This document shows, one piece after another, positions 39,401 to 47,006 of a stretch of 64,000 bases of DNA (positions are counted from its first letter, which is position 1; the number at the start of each line of letters is the position of its first letter). Source of the stretch: a virus; the IMG/VR virus record IMGVR_UViG_3300017710_002137, positions 1 to 64,000 of that record; one strand, 5' to 3'. The notes beneath the pieces are model-generated. The model saw nothing but the letters and a program-made list of their open reading frames with translations, searched no databases and was not told the origin of the DNA. The position numbers were made by a program, and so were the translations under genes.

Positions 39401-40619
39401 TGCTGCAAAAATTGGTAGTGGAACTCAAAAGGGTAGTTTCTCAACTGCGTTTGCATTTGATACCGATGGTACGTTTTCTTTAAATAATGATTTTAGAATA
39501 AAAGGCTCATCATCTGGAATCGGGACTCGATTTAATACTATATCTACCAACTTCTCAGCGATTGATACTCGAGACGGTTTCTGTGTATTACCTGGTACTA
39601 AAATAATTTCTAAAAGAGGTGAGATAAATGTAGAAGATACAAAAGAAGATGATGTAATCAAAATATTTAACTTTGAAACCAAAGAATGGGGATGGTCATC
39701 TATTGATGAAATTATTACTAATAAAGTACAAGGATGGAGTAAGATAGAAACAGAATTAGGTAAAAAGTTAAAATGTTCTAATTCACATTTACTATATCAT
39801 CCTGATTATCCTAATTGTGAAATTTCTGTTGATAAACTCGGAGTTGGTGGTGAGTTGTATGTTTATGCTGATGGAAGATTAGTTATTGATAAAATAAAAA
39901 GTATAGAAACTTTTGATGAAGAAGTTGAGGTTTGGAATTATGAATTAGATGTAGTGCATAATTATATTTCAGATGGAATACTTTCACATAATATGTCTGC
40001 AAAATTAGACGCAGTTGTAACATTAGGACACGCATATAAAAAGAGAATATCGGAAAATATTTCAAGAGGTGATTTAGTAAAAGTAGATTCAAATAATGAA
40101 CTTATAAAAGTATCATCAGCAAAAGATACATCGGTGGTTGGTATTCTTTGGGAAAAATATGAATTAAAAATAACAAACCTAATAACTGGTTCCGTAGAGG
40201 ATGGATACACTCCTTTTACAGCATCAGAAGAAATGGTATCCGCTTCATATTTGGATTCATTTGGTAATTATTTAACAAATAATGAAACTGGTTCAAAAGA
40301 AATGTGGAGAGTAGCATCTCTTGGGGATAGTATTGAATGGAATATATCCGGTTCTTACTTTAGTTTAACAGGATTTAAAATGTGTAATCAAGGTGGTGAT
40401 GTTGTACCTGGTGATTTACTTTGTTCTTCAGATACTCCTGGTTATTTAATGAAACAACCATCAGAGTGGGTAGTAACAGGATTTAATGGAGATTCTACTC
40501 CAATTTACGAAGAAAGACAATCACAATGTTCTTATACAGTAGCAAAATCTATGGAATCATCTTCGTGGGATTCTAATGGTAAAATGGAAGGCGTGTACGG
40601 ATATCTATATTGTGGATAA
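33414..40619 (+). CDS. Giant tail fibre/adhesin-like protein with tandem beta-rich repeats, Hint domain and C-terminal chaperone-like domain
   Basis: 2401 aa, Ser/Thr/Gly-rich; about six ~110-120-aa repeats; Hint at aa 2057-2193; C-terminal GDLV..VVGI..GDLLCSS..PGYLMKQ..YTVAK domain. Confidence 0.8.
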   Translation: MAIIKKFSPFQNLSNFSTFVDDDNPNSEYFKITEFKETFTGGKNGFLIEGCPELKESSEVKIELLDVEGNPIYFEPGDGIPEYYEGTSKLISVHVYEDTPIGLGKITILGELKQYKDSFGALVDIPNEWRGVYNVKWERTFQVNKNLSNETTVRFYKRPSVTITELIKPIFSKSIPTVTDTGHVHGFSITPSVGENITTWRAGTSYGLRLTSGSWDVDVDENIITISNPSYQARIIEVLDSKQVLVDIPYTENNIVTDFESGSYSVTYTDFQNQVVGETSLTGSFAKVDISQLKTFVGDVARVKVFRKSRNAVGDFQFVQESKLESSELLRDITTTSDTELSYGRFDENNLTNYWVTSSDSHPTSINSDVLSQAVKIDYDENVGGVQRLITSESISVSSDVEYTLNFRTLLSGSLDDSGKTIRAFFSSSNFTQDFTTISGSAIYRARQNISENIISQNTGDAKLVFEVQGSDWYISNVSLRNAQESSFSPDEFTLIQDIPRKTASETFDFRFEFYDINNNYIPVDVSAVGVFNGGNDFPTSAKLLTFESDRNAFRFSSGSVQNPKNQQIQLKITQNNLTGSILFESSAFDVDGNYLNPNDYTQYPGLLTGVNPAGGLITINNFTGSRTDNSPTPFVGSVIYTASLENLQEFETVYRLEDGDNAPQLIVTSNANQFTYEPTALEPKPSGQSITVRAQRKNLASLITPIEINSGSNKPKLNYVDTVNGIDTYTLTATTFSASFSDNSFDEVTYSFTGSDVFGNKQSDEITISKVVNFDGVSITLTNDSTTFRANGQGAVLDNFASGDGEVEVRIANKEIQHSDGLTSPNRFDIVSATATNVTEAYSSYTTNEYGISSLSADSGSLILSVKYLAGDNSTSQSFQKKVNYTKNRIASPSIVFDTTNKTQNVDAKSTGAQLSSFDSSTMAIREFYTGSLTSFSSANIDLTITSGSNDVSGNPLVTRSGLSLSYGELPNNTNSTQVGLTATVTDSEGTSREVSDTVSLSKTNASAPNVEIQVYPSSQTITANSVGSGSATPSNLSIVVSEGGTTRTISSIGTITTTGGLSVNTPTSPFTTISFTSDASDMTSDTGTITIPVTTTNSEGSSVTKTITAIVTRAREGETPVLVTLTPQAQTITANSLGSGSESPQTISVSAKQGSTDVFDSMTVSYSGGIGGTISSNNLTFTDTASDMTSDTETITFAVTYTDSAGDTSTENITANISRTRAARPNVEVSVSPTGQTIEANSRGSGSATPQTLTVRALEGGTSRFEEITNVSFSNGLDGDDSPLSNTVAFTSTATDMTSDTGTATVTVSYQDSEGTLGTKDVIATVSRVRVAQPGINFSVTPAAQTIAANSNGTLTGTIQDVRVDGFEGNSALTYNQGTLSAGQYKITNVTGVSVSDTTPSDENIDITGFSGDSATGTAFIGFKDNEGTTGTTTIKFTLSKSKKATPVVAISANPQSQTVDSNSAFSSVGTPSAVTIIVNEGGSNYTHTTGTVTANKFKITGVTNGTNNNDGTITPTTPSDANGTTSVVTLSYTNSEGREFTSKTITVNVGVAVQGDDGAAGPGITFVGDCSDLASTFTWTSDENTRQVTKVGSSYYITKDAADGVAKSTTGCPGDTGWGTYFETMTSFASVATDVLFAQDVYANKTVNIGTSPNGTEPVIALNADASNDYANPYIGIGTSAYNGTGIFLGYNSDVAKLSLKSSTNSLLWDGTNLTVNGGGTFSGDLSAAGGTFEGSLSVGSGDDILKVDSSGNLHIGDANYADAPFKVSNDGTLTATGATISGAITITSGDTADAIAQAKSVADAATGSAATALSAAQGAQQDVDNLNIPTVPTTFNPNNLSNVGTPSVSGLHLGEDKMGFYNATAPAGWKSYLDSSGNFFLAGTNSGAAAPLSFTGTTGILSVTTGATIGGWTIDSNSIHTGTKGSSGNFTSAGAITIGSSGFISANGFYIDTDGNFVQETTKTKLKKDGVATPRALSNLFDIDSSEIFIKTAAKIGSGTQKGSFSTAFAFDTDGTFSLNNDFRIKGSSSGIGTRFNTISTNFSAIDTRDGFCVLPGTKIISKRGEINVEDTKEDDVIKIFNFETKEWGWSSIDEIITNKVQGWSKIETELGKKLKCSNSHLLYHPDYPNCEISVDKLGVGGELYVYADGRLVIDKIKSIETFDEEVEVWNYELDVVHNYISDGILSHNMSAKLDAVVTLGHAYKKRISENISRGDLVKVDSNNELIKVSSAKDTSVVGILWEKYELKITNLITGSVEDGYTPFTASEEMVSASYLDSFGNYLTNNETGSKEMWRVASLGDSIEWNISGSYFSLTGFKMCNQGGDVVPGDLLCSSDTPGYLMKQPSEWVVTGFNGDSTPIYEERQSQCSYTVAKSMESSSWDSNGKMEGVYGYLYCG
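36085..38090 (+). repeat. Tandem degenerate ~110-120-aa repeats (Ig-like, inferred) in the fibre protein
   Basis: Recurrent P-x-x-QT(I/V)xANS(x)GSGS, A(S/T)DMTSDT (three copies) and (D/N)SEG motifs; boundaries approximate. Confidence 0.8.
39582..39992 (+). other. Hint (intein-like/BIL-type) autoprocessing domain, 137 aa, without endonuclease
   Basis: Starts CVLPGTKI (block A), CSNSH (block B), VWNYEL..HNY..GILSHN (blocks F/G); the next residue is Met. Confidence 0.92.
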
Positions 40620-40629
40620 AAAATAATTA

Positions 40630-41622
40630 ATGAAGGTTTTTGTAACAACAGGTTGTGGTAACATCATTCAAGGTGGTGCTGATATGTGGACTAATAATTT
40701 TATAGAATTAGTTTTACCTCATCTTTCTGAATACTATATTTTGGTAGATTCTAAAAAACCAATTGGATGGAAAGATACATATCATCTTGAGAAAAGTGGT
40801 AAATTACACTTTCACTTAGAAAACGAAGAAAAAACAGATTTTATTTTAAGAGTTTGTAAGGAAATTCATTTCTTACATGCAAACTACCATAAAAGAGAAC
40901 ATCTTTGGAAACATAAAGATAAGTGGGGAACTATTTTTGTACAAGCATATTTACCAGATATGTTAGATTATGGAGATTCACTAAGACAGTTTAATACAAG
41001 TGTAGTAGAAGAAGATGTAGATTATTTACTTACTCATTGTAAGAAAAGAATTTGGATTGGAAATAATCCTTCTCGTATCTTTGGTAAGTTTAAAACTGAT
41101 ACCATACCAAACTTTTATGAATTTAAACAAAATAAACCATTAAATAAAATTAATAATAAACTTGGATTTACTTCTCGAATTGAATCAAGAAAAAATGTGC
41201 ATTATTTAGATGGATTACCATCTTATGTTTTGAGTGGTTACTATGATTGGAAAAACATATCTGAAACGAACAGGTTTGATTTCTCTAAGGTTAAATACTT
41301 TAAATGGAACATTGATATACTTGAATCGTTTATGAACCTTAAATGGAGTATTTCACATTCATGTCATACTAACGAACCATTTGGTTACTCCATCTTTCAG
41401 GCAGTAGATTGGGGTAAGTTGCCTATCTTAGATGAGAATTGGGGAGAAGTTGATTACAAATATAGAGCATCTACCAAACAAGAATTTAAAGAAGTGTATG
41501 AAACTATATTATCAGATAATCATGAAACACACTTAAAACAATTTAATAATTTAAAACAATATTTAAAATCCTTTGATGATAAAAATAGGTGGTCATCGGA
41601 GGTTGTTAGTATTTTTAATTAA
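40630..41622 (+). CDS. Putative GT-B (GT4-like) glycosyltransferase
   Basis: N-terminal GG, SRIESRKN, and EPFGYSIFQAVDWGKLPI (variant of the EPFG..E-A...G-P motif). Confidence 0.7.
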   Translation: MKVFVTTGCGNIIQGGADMWTNNFIELVLPHLSEYYILVDSKKPIGWKDTYHLEKSGKLHFHLENEEKTDFILRVCKEIHFLHANYHKREHLWKHKDKWGTIFVQAYLPDMLDYGDSLRQFNTSVVEEDVDYLLTHCKKRIWIGNNPSRIFGKFKTDTIPNFYEFKQNKPLNKINNKLGFTSRIESRKNVHYLDGLPSYVLSGYYDWKNISETNRFDFSKVKYFKWNIDILESFMNLKWSISHSCHTNEPFGYSIFQAVDWGKLPILDENWGEVDYKYRASTKQEFKEVYETILSDNHETHLKQFNNLKQYLKSFDDKNRWSSEVVSIFN

Positions 41623-41633
41623 TATATTTTTAT

Positions 41634-41770
41634 ATATTTATATACGTTTACTGATTTTGACCATACTTATAAACATGGGGGTTTGGGGGTAGTGCAAGAC
41701 ACTAAGACAACTGACAAATAAAAAGACAAATTAAATACCTATAACTAAGACACTAAAGTAGTTATGACAC
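41634..41770 (+). promoter_or_regulatory. Structured leader: late-type motifs, G tracts/5-codon uORF, six GACA repeats, hairpin over the start codon
   Basis: ATATTTATA at 41634, ATACTTATA at 41663; GACA at 41698, 41706, 41713, 41725, 41749 and 41766; stem ATAACTA/TAGTTAT. Confidence 0.5.
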
Positions 41771-42546
41771 TATTCAATCTCGATTTTTTGCGTGAACATT
41801 TAACGAATAATCAAATACCTCAAACTGATGTAAATGGTAATGAGTTTCATGTTCACAAACCTGTTCCTTATAGATGGACTCATGGAGCAACTGACTTAAC
41901 TCTTGGTGATGGGTTGTTAATTTATTCTATAATTCATTACATGAGAGCAAAAGTTTGTGTTTGTTTGGGTAGTGGTGGTGGATTCATTCCAAGAATCATG
42001 ACACAAGCAAGGGTTGATTTATATGATTCACAAATATTTGAAGGAAATAGAGATTATAATTGGGGAGATATAGGTTGTACTTATCTTGTTGATGCTGATA
42101 ATGGTGTGGGTGGGAATGTTGATTGGAAAGATGAAAACTCTTTTTTAAGAAAAAACTTTTTTCCAAGAATTATATTAGATACAACTGAAAACGCATATTA
42201 TAACTTTTTTGTTAAAGAAGATATCAAGATAGATTATCTACATATAGATGCTGGACATTCATACGAGGATGTTCATAATGATTTCACACTTTATTCAAAG
42301 ATATTATCTCCACATGGAATTATATCAATACATGATACTGATGTATCTTTTGAAAAAGATTTAATTGTAACCGAAGATGTTAAATCTAAAGATGACCAAG
42401 ACAATATTACAAATGGCCCCTCAAAATTAATTGAAGAATTGAAATCAAATAAAGATTGGGAAATTTTCAACTTTTTTAATAACGGTATATTTAAGACTAA
42501 ACCGAGTTCTACTGGTTTGACAATTCTTCAAAGATGCAGAAAATAA
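41764..42546 (+). CDS. Class I SAM methyltransferase (Methyltransf_24-like)
   Basis: CLGSGGG, IDYLHIDAGHSYE and GIISIHD motifs. Confidence 0.85.
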   Translation: MTLFNLDFLREHLTNNQIPQTDVNGNEFHVHKPVPYRWTHGATDLTLGDGLLIYSIIHYMRAKVCVCLGSGGGFIPRIMTQARVDLYDSQIFEGNRDYNWGDIGCTYLVDADNGVGGNVDWKDENSFLRKNFFPRIILDTTENAYYNFFVKEDIKIDYLHIDAGHSYEDVHNDFTLYSKILSPHGIISIHDTDVSFEKDLIVTEDVKSKDDQDNITNGPSKLIEELKSNKDWEIFNFFNNGIFKTKPSSTGLTILQRCRK

Positions 42547-43376
42547 ATTTGGTTACAGTTGTTGGGCACAACACTACACTTCTTTCACATATGATAAACC
42601 ACTACAAAGATATCGTTGATGATATTTATGTTGTTGTTTATAGACAACACTCACTTGATGGAATATTAGAAGAGGTACTTAATCTTGGTATCAAACCATA
42701 TAAAGTAGTAACAGAAAAAAAATTTAATTGGGAAAGAGTAACTCAATTATACAACGAAGTAAAGCAAACCAAACCCGATGAGTGGTGGGTGGTTTCGGAC
42801 GATGATGAACTTCATGTTTACCCAAAACCCTTAAGAGAACTTATTACAGAATGTGATGAGAATGGGTGGGAGTTTATCACAGGAGGATTCCTCGATAGGA
42901 TAGGAGAGGATGGTGAGTTTCCTTTGGTAACAAAAGAAACTAATATTTGGGAATCGTTTCCATTTGCTGGATTTTTTAGATATCCAATGAGTGGAGCGAT
43001 GCCAAATAAATGTTGTGTAATGAAAGGTTCTGTGGATGTAACACCTGGTCAACACTTTGCTGTGATTGGTGATACTGATACTTGGAGAGAACGAGGATGG
43101 AATCATCCTAAAAGATATCCTATTGAAAAAGGATTAATCCAAGTACATCATTTTAAATGGGATTCAACTGTTTTAAAAAGATTAAAAGAAGTTTCAGAAA
43201 CAAAAAAAGATTATTCCTTTTGGAAAGAGTACAAAAAAATGTACAGAGCCATTCAAGTATTTGATTGGAAAATAGATGTGAATAATCCTGAGTTTATGTT
43301 TGAAAGAATGGGAGATAGTGGATACTTTGATTATATGAAGTGGAAAGAACTCTCAGATGTTATAGTAAAAATCTAA
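42534..43376 (+). CDS. GT-A fold glycosyltransferase (GT2/GT92-like)
   Basis: INHYK, WWVVSDDDE (DxD), GQH and VHHFKW motifs. Confidence 0.75.
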   Translation: MQKINLVTVVGHNTTLLSHMINHYKDIVDDIYVVVYRQHSLDGILEEVLNLGIKPYKVVTEKKFNWERVTQLYNEVKQTKPDEWWVVSDDDELHVYPKPLRELITECDENGWEFITGGFLDRIGEDGEFPLVTKETNIWESFPFAGFFRYPMSGAMPNKCCVMKGSVDVTPGQHFAVIGDTDTWRERGWNHPKRYPIEKGLIQVHHFKWDSTVLKRLKEVSETKKDYSFWKEYKKMYRAIQVFDWKIDVNNPEFMFERMGDSGYFDYMKWKELSDVIVKI

Positions 43377-44837
43377 ATGAAAGATAAGTTAGCGATAATA
43401 GTTCCGTATAGAGATAGACAAGACCACTTAGATGTCTTTGTTCCTCATATGCACGAGTTCCTCAAAGATAAAGGAATCGAATACACTATTTTTATTGCCG
43501 AACAAACAGATGATAGACCATTCAACTATGGAAAACTGTGTAACATAGCATCAAAAGAAGTTGGAGAAGAATACACTTACTTTGCTTTTCACGATATCGA
43601 TATGTTACCAATGAATGATGAGTGTGATTATGGTTATCCTGAATCACCAACTCATTTAGCAAGTAATGTTGAGGCACATGGTGGTGAATTACCTTACCCA
43701 CAATACTTTGGTGGTGTTATTCTAATGAGTAGAGAAGATTTCGAAACAGCAAACGGATATTCAAATGAATATTGGGGTTATGGTTTTGAAGATTTAGATT
43801 TACTTTACAGATTAGAAAGAAGTGGTGCTTACTTAGAAAAAAAATATGATTTAAATAATGTATATTCTAACTATGATGAGTTAGATGTTCTACCATATAG
43901 GATTGAAAATGTAAATGTTTGTAATGAGAAACGAATTCAACAAATGGAATACAATACATTTTCTGAAAGTGATTACATATATGGATTACTAAATCCACTT
44001 ACTAAAAAAATGGTTAAAGATTCGTTTAGTATTTCATTTTGGTTCAATGATGATTTTGAGCGTAAAATGAAAAAAAACTTATTTGTATTTGAAGGATGTG
44101 ATAGTGGATTGTTTTTGAGTAGGGGAAATGAAATAATAGCACAAATTTGGGATAATAAAGATAATCACGAAGAAATTATATTATCTTACTCAAGAAACAG
44201 ATGGAATCATTGTGTATATTCATATGATAGTAAAGAAAATATTTTAAAGTTATCTATAAACGATAAAACAAAAGAGATAAAATTAAAAGATAGTTTTGAG
44301 ATATATGATTACTCTAAAAATAATATAAAAATATCAGATGATTCCACATCTATAATGATATCAAATATTTTAGCGTTTGATTCTTACTTAAGTAATGAAA
44401 TTATAAACATATTATATAATAGAGGTAATTCATCTTTAGATGATATACATAATAAATTTGGGTTATCACCTGTAATAAACTTAAAATATAATTCTTTATA
44501 TAAACAATCAATTTTATTAGATAGTGGTTCTTACAAAAATCACTTAAAGTTTTATGGAAGTTTACAATCAGATAAATTAACATATACACCAAATGAATTA
44601 TATCTGCCAATAAGATTAGATTCTGAATATAAATCTTTAGTTCACAAAAACGATACAGATATAATAAAAAGATATTACGAATACGACCCGGATATTACAG
44701 AAAATTCTGATATATTTTTTCACGATGTGATTCCAAATAAATTAGATTATAAATCCATAGGATTGAGTACATTAAATTACAGTATATTAGATATACAAAA
44801 TAAAAAAAATTATGAACTTATTAGAATTGTTACATAA
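43377..44837 (+). CDS. GT7 (beta-1,4-galactosyltransferase-like) with internal LamG-like domain, copy 1
   Basis: IVPYRDR, FNYGKL, FHDIDM, YFGGV, NGYSNEYWGYGFEDLD; insert with FSISFWF..WNHCV; ends IGLSTLNY. Confidence 0.88.
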   Translation: MKDKLAIIVPYRDRQDHLDVFVPHMHEFLKDKGIEYTIFIAEQTDDRPFNYGKLCNIASKEVGEEYTYFAFHDIDMLPMNDECDYGYPESPTHLASNVEAHGGELPYPQYFGGVILMSREDFETANGYSNEYWGYGFEDLDLLYRLERSGAYLEKKYDLNNVYSNYDELDVLPYRIENVNVCNEKRIQQMEYNTFSESDYIYGLLNPLTKKMVKDSFSISFWFNDDFERKMKKNLFVFEGCDSGLFLSRGNEIIAQIWDNKDNHEEIILSYSRNRWNHCVYSYDSKENILKLSINDKTKEIKLKDSFEIYDYSKNNIKISDDSTSIMISNILAFDSYLSNEIINILYNRGNSSLDDIHNKFGLSPVINLKYNSLYKQSILLDSGSYKNHLKFYGSLQSDKLTYTPNELYLPIRLDSEYKSLVHKNDTDIIKRYYEYDPDITENSDIFFHDVIPNKLDYKSIGLSTLNYSILDIQNKKNYELIRIVT

Positions 44838-45369
44838 CGAAAAAGTTGTTAAAACTCTTGAAAAGATTGATAATGACTTGAAAGATTTAACAGAACCAAG
44901 TTCTGATGATAAATCTATATTTTTAAAAGTTATATTAATAGTTGAAACATTGTTCTTACAAAATAAAAACTCAAGAACAGCAAATATTGGTAGATTCTTT
45001 TCAAGATACTATGATAAACAAACAGATATTGATGATATCAATGAAGATATTAAAATGAAAACTGTAAAACGAGATGATATAAAATTTCGTTTAGATGATT
45101 TATCGGTAGAGAAAGAAAAGTTAGAATATAGATTACAAGAAATAAATGCAGAAATAGATACTAAACAATGGGAGCCTCAAAAAATAGAAGATGAGTTGGA
45201 GAACTTAAAATGGGAGCCTAAAAGATTACAAGATTGGATTGATGAGGCATCCTTTCCAATCGATAACGAAGGTCTTGAAGGTTTCATATTTGAAAAACTA
45301 AAAGAAGAATTAATTTATAACAAAAAACTAAATTACAATTATGGCAAAGAACGAGACAACGAAGGTTAA
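44812..45369 (+). CDS. Hypothetical coiled-coil protein
   Basis: 185 aa, charged and helical, with two WEP repeats. Confidence 0.55.
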   Translation: MNLLELLHNEKVVKTLEKIDNDLKDLTEPSSDDKSIFLKVILIVETLFLQNKNSRTANIGRFFSRYYDKQTDIDDINEDIKMKTVKRDDIKFRLDDLSVEKEKLEYRLQEINAEIDTKQWEPQKIEDELENLKWEPKRLQDWIDEASFPIDNEGLEGFIFEKLKEELIYNKKLNYNYGKERDNEG

Positions 45370-45607
45370 ATCTCTTGAAGAAAGAGGTGTAAAGGCCCTT
45401 GAATCTATTGCGGGTTCAATTGGAGACATCAACGATTGGTTGTATGAATTAGATGCTGATATGTGGCAAGAAAGATTGGAGTGGTACTTGAATGAGTTCT
45501 ACCAAATCGCTAAAACAAAAACAGTAGGAACAACAAATAGACCAGAAAGAGGTAGTGAAAGAATCCAAGAGAATACAGAAACTCAAGGAGAAGAAAGTAA
45601 ATCATAA
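45341..45607 (+). CDS. Hypothetical acidic protein
   Basis: 88-aa ORF overlapping both neighbours. Confidence 0.55.
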   Translation: MAKNETTKVKSLEERGVKALESIAGSIGDINDWLYELDADMWQERLEWYLNEFYQIAKTKTVGTTNRPERGSERIQENTETQGEESKS

Positions 45608-47006
45608 ACTTGGTATAATAGTTCCATATAGAGATAGAGAACAACAACTGAAAAGGTTCTTATCTCATATGAAAGATTATATTAAGGATATTGATTACGA
45701 AATCTTCATCATTGAACAGGCAGATGATAACCCTTTTAATAGAGGTAAACTTCTGAATGCAGGATATAAGTATGCCTTAGATAAAGGGTGCGATTATTTT
45801 GTATTTCACGATGTTGATATGTTGCCTGAAGATGTAGATTATTCGTATTCAGATAAACCTCTACATTTAGCAACACACTTACAAGAACACGATTACGAAA
45901 CCACATTTTTTGATTACTTTGGTGGAGTAACAATGTTTACAAAAGAAGATTTCAAAACTATCAATGGATTCTCAAACGAATATTGGGGATGGGGATTTGA
46001 AGATGATGATTTACTTATCAGATGTTTAGATTCAAATCTACAATTAGATATGGATTCAAATGGTAGCGATACTATTCAAGAAATAGAATCATTTAAATTT
46101 GATGGAAATGAATCCTTTATAAAATTAAGTACAGATAAAAAGTTACACTTATTGGAAGATGAGTTTACAATATCTGTAATGGTTAAACCTGAAAACATAA
46201 AATTGAGTGTTAATAAGGATTATGATGAATTTCCCATATTATCAATTCCTGGTTATAACATAGGATTGTTTTATAACTCATTTAGAAGATTCTTCTGTCA
46301 AGCATATGATGTTGATAAAAAATCACATTCAATATCAACTGATATTGTTGGTGATAGGTGGGTTCATTTAACAATGGTTTATGAAAATTCAGATACCTTA
46401 AAGTTTTATATGAATGGTGAATTGGTTAGTGTTGAAAAAATGAACAATGAGATACTACAATTACCTTCTAATGAAATATATGTTGGGATTGGAAATGGTA
46501 AACCAACAAATAAAGACTTCTTTTATGGATTAATATCGGGTATCGAGATATACGATATTGCACTTACTGATGATGAAATAGTTGAGATATATGAAAACCC
46601 AACAAAACCAAAACTTAGAAACTTTGGTAATTTTAAATCAAGTGAGTTTTTATATACACAAATATTACCACAATTATCATCATCCACTACTTGTATAGAC
46701 TTGGGTGGCAAATATGATGTTTATTTGAATAATATATATTTATATAAGAGTAGAGAATCATTTAAAACATTTTTGCCAAAACCACATAGAAGAAATTCTC
46801 GATTTGTATCACTTAAACATAAAAGCAACTCTTCGGTTGGTAATAAATGGATTCATAAAGAAACAAGAAAAAATCAATTAAAATACTATAACGATGTTAG
46901 AGAAGGAATTGATGATTTTAGAATAGATGGATTAAACACTCTCAGATATAAAGAAATTAAAAAAGAAGAAACTAACTTAGTTACTAAAGTACTAATAGAA
47001 CTATGA
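45555..47006 (+). CDS. GT7 with internal LamG-like domain, copy 2
   Basis: IVPYRDR, FNRGKLLN, FHDVDM, YFGGV, NGFSNEYWGWGFEDDD; insert FDG..FTISVMVK..WVHLTMVY..IYDIALT; ends DGLNTLRY. Confidence 0.9.
   Translation: MKESKRIQKLKEKKVNHKLGIIVPYRDREQQLKRFLSHMKDYIKDIDYEIFIIEQADDNPFNRGKLLNAGYKYALDKGCDYFVFHDVDMLPEDVDYSYSDKPLHLATHLQEHDYETTFFDYFGGVTMFTKEDFKTINGFSNEYWGWGFEDDDLLIRCLDSNLQLDMDSNGSDTIQEIESFKFDGNESFIKLSTDKKLHLLEDEFTISVMVKPENIKLSVNKDYDEFPILSIPGYNIGLFYNSFRRFFCQAYDVDKKSHSISTDIVGDRWVHLTMVYENSDTLKFYMNGELVSVEKMNNEILQLPSNEIYVGIGNGKPTNKDFFYGLISGIEIYDIALTDDEIVEIYENPTKPKLRNFGNFKSSEFLYTQILPQLSSSTTCIDLGGKYDVYLNNIYLYKSRESFKTFLPKPHRRNSRFVSLKHKSNSSVGNKWIHKETRKNQLKYYNDVREGIDDFRIDGLNTLRYKEIKKEETNLVTKVLIEL

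Noticed and set aside
39582-39992. Mobile homing intein
   Set aside because: No endonuclease domain, +1 residue is Met, and it does not sit in a conserved enzyme active site.
33414-40619. Polymorphic toxin or diversity-generating retroelement target
   Set aside because: The post-Hint domain looks chaperone-like rather than like a nuclease or deaminase; the downstream gene is GT-like, not an immunity protein; no reverse transcriptase or template repeat was seen.
41690-41770. CRISPR mini-array
   Set aside because: Repeats are only 4-10 nt with irregular short spacing, and no cas genes are present.
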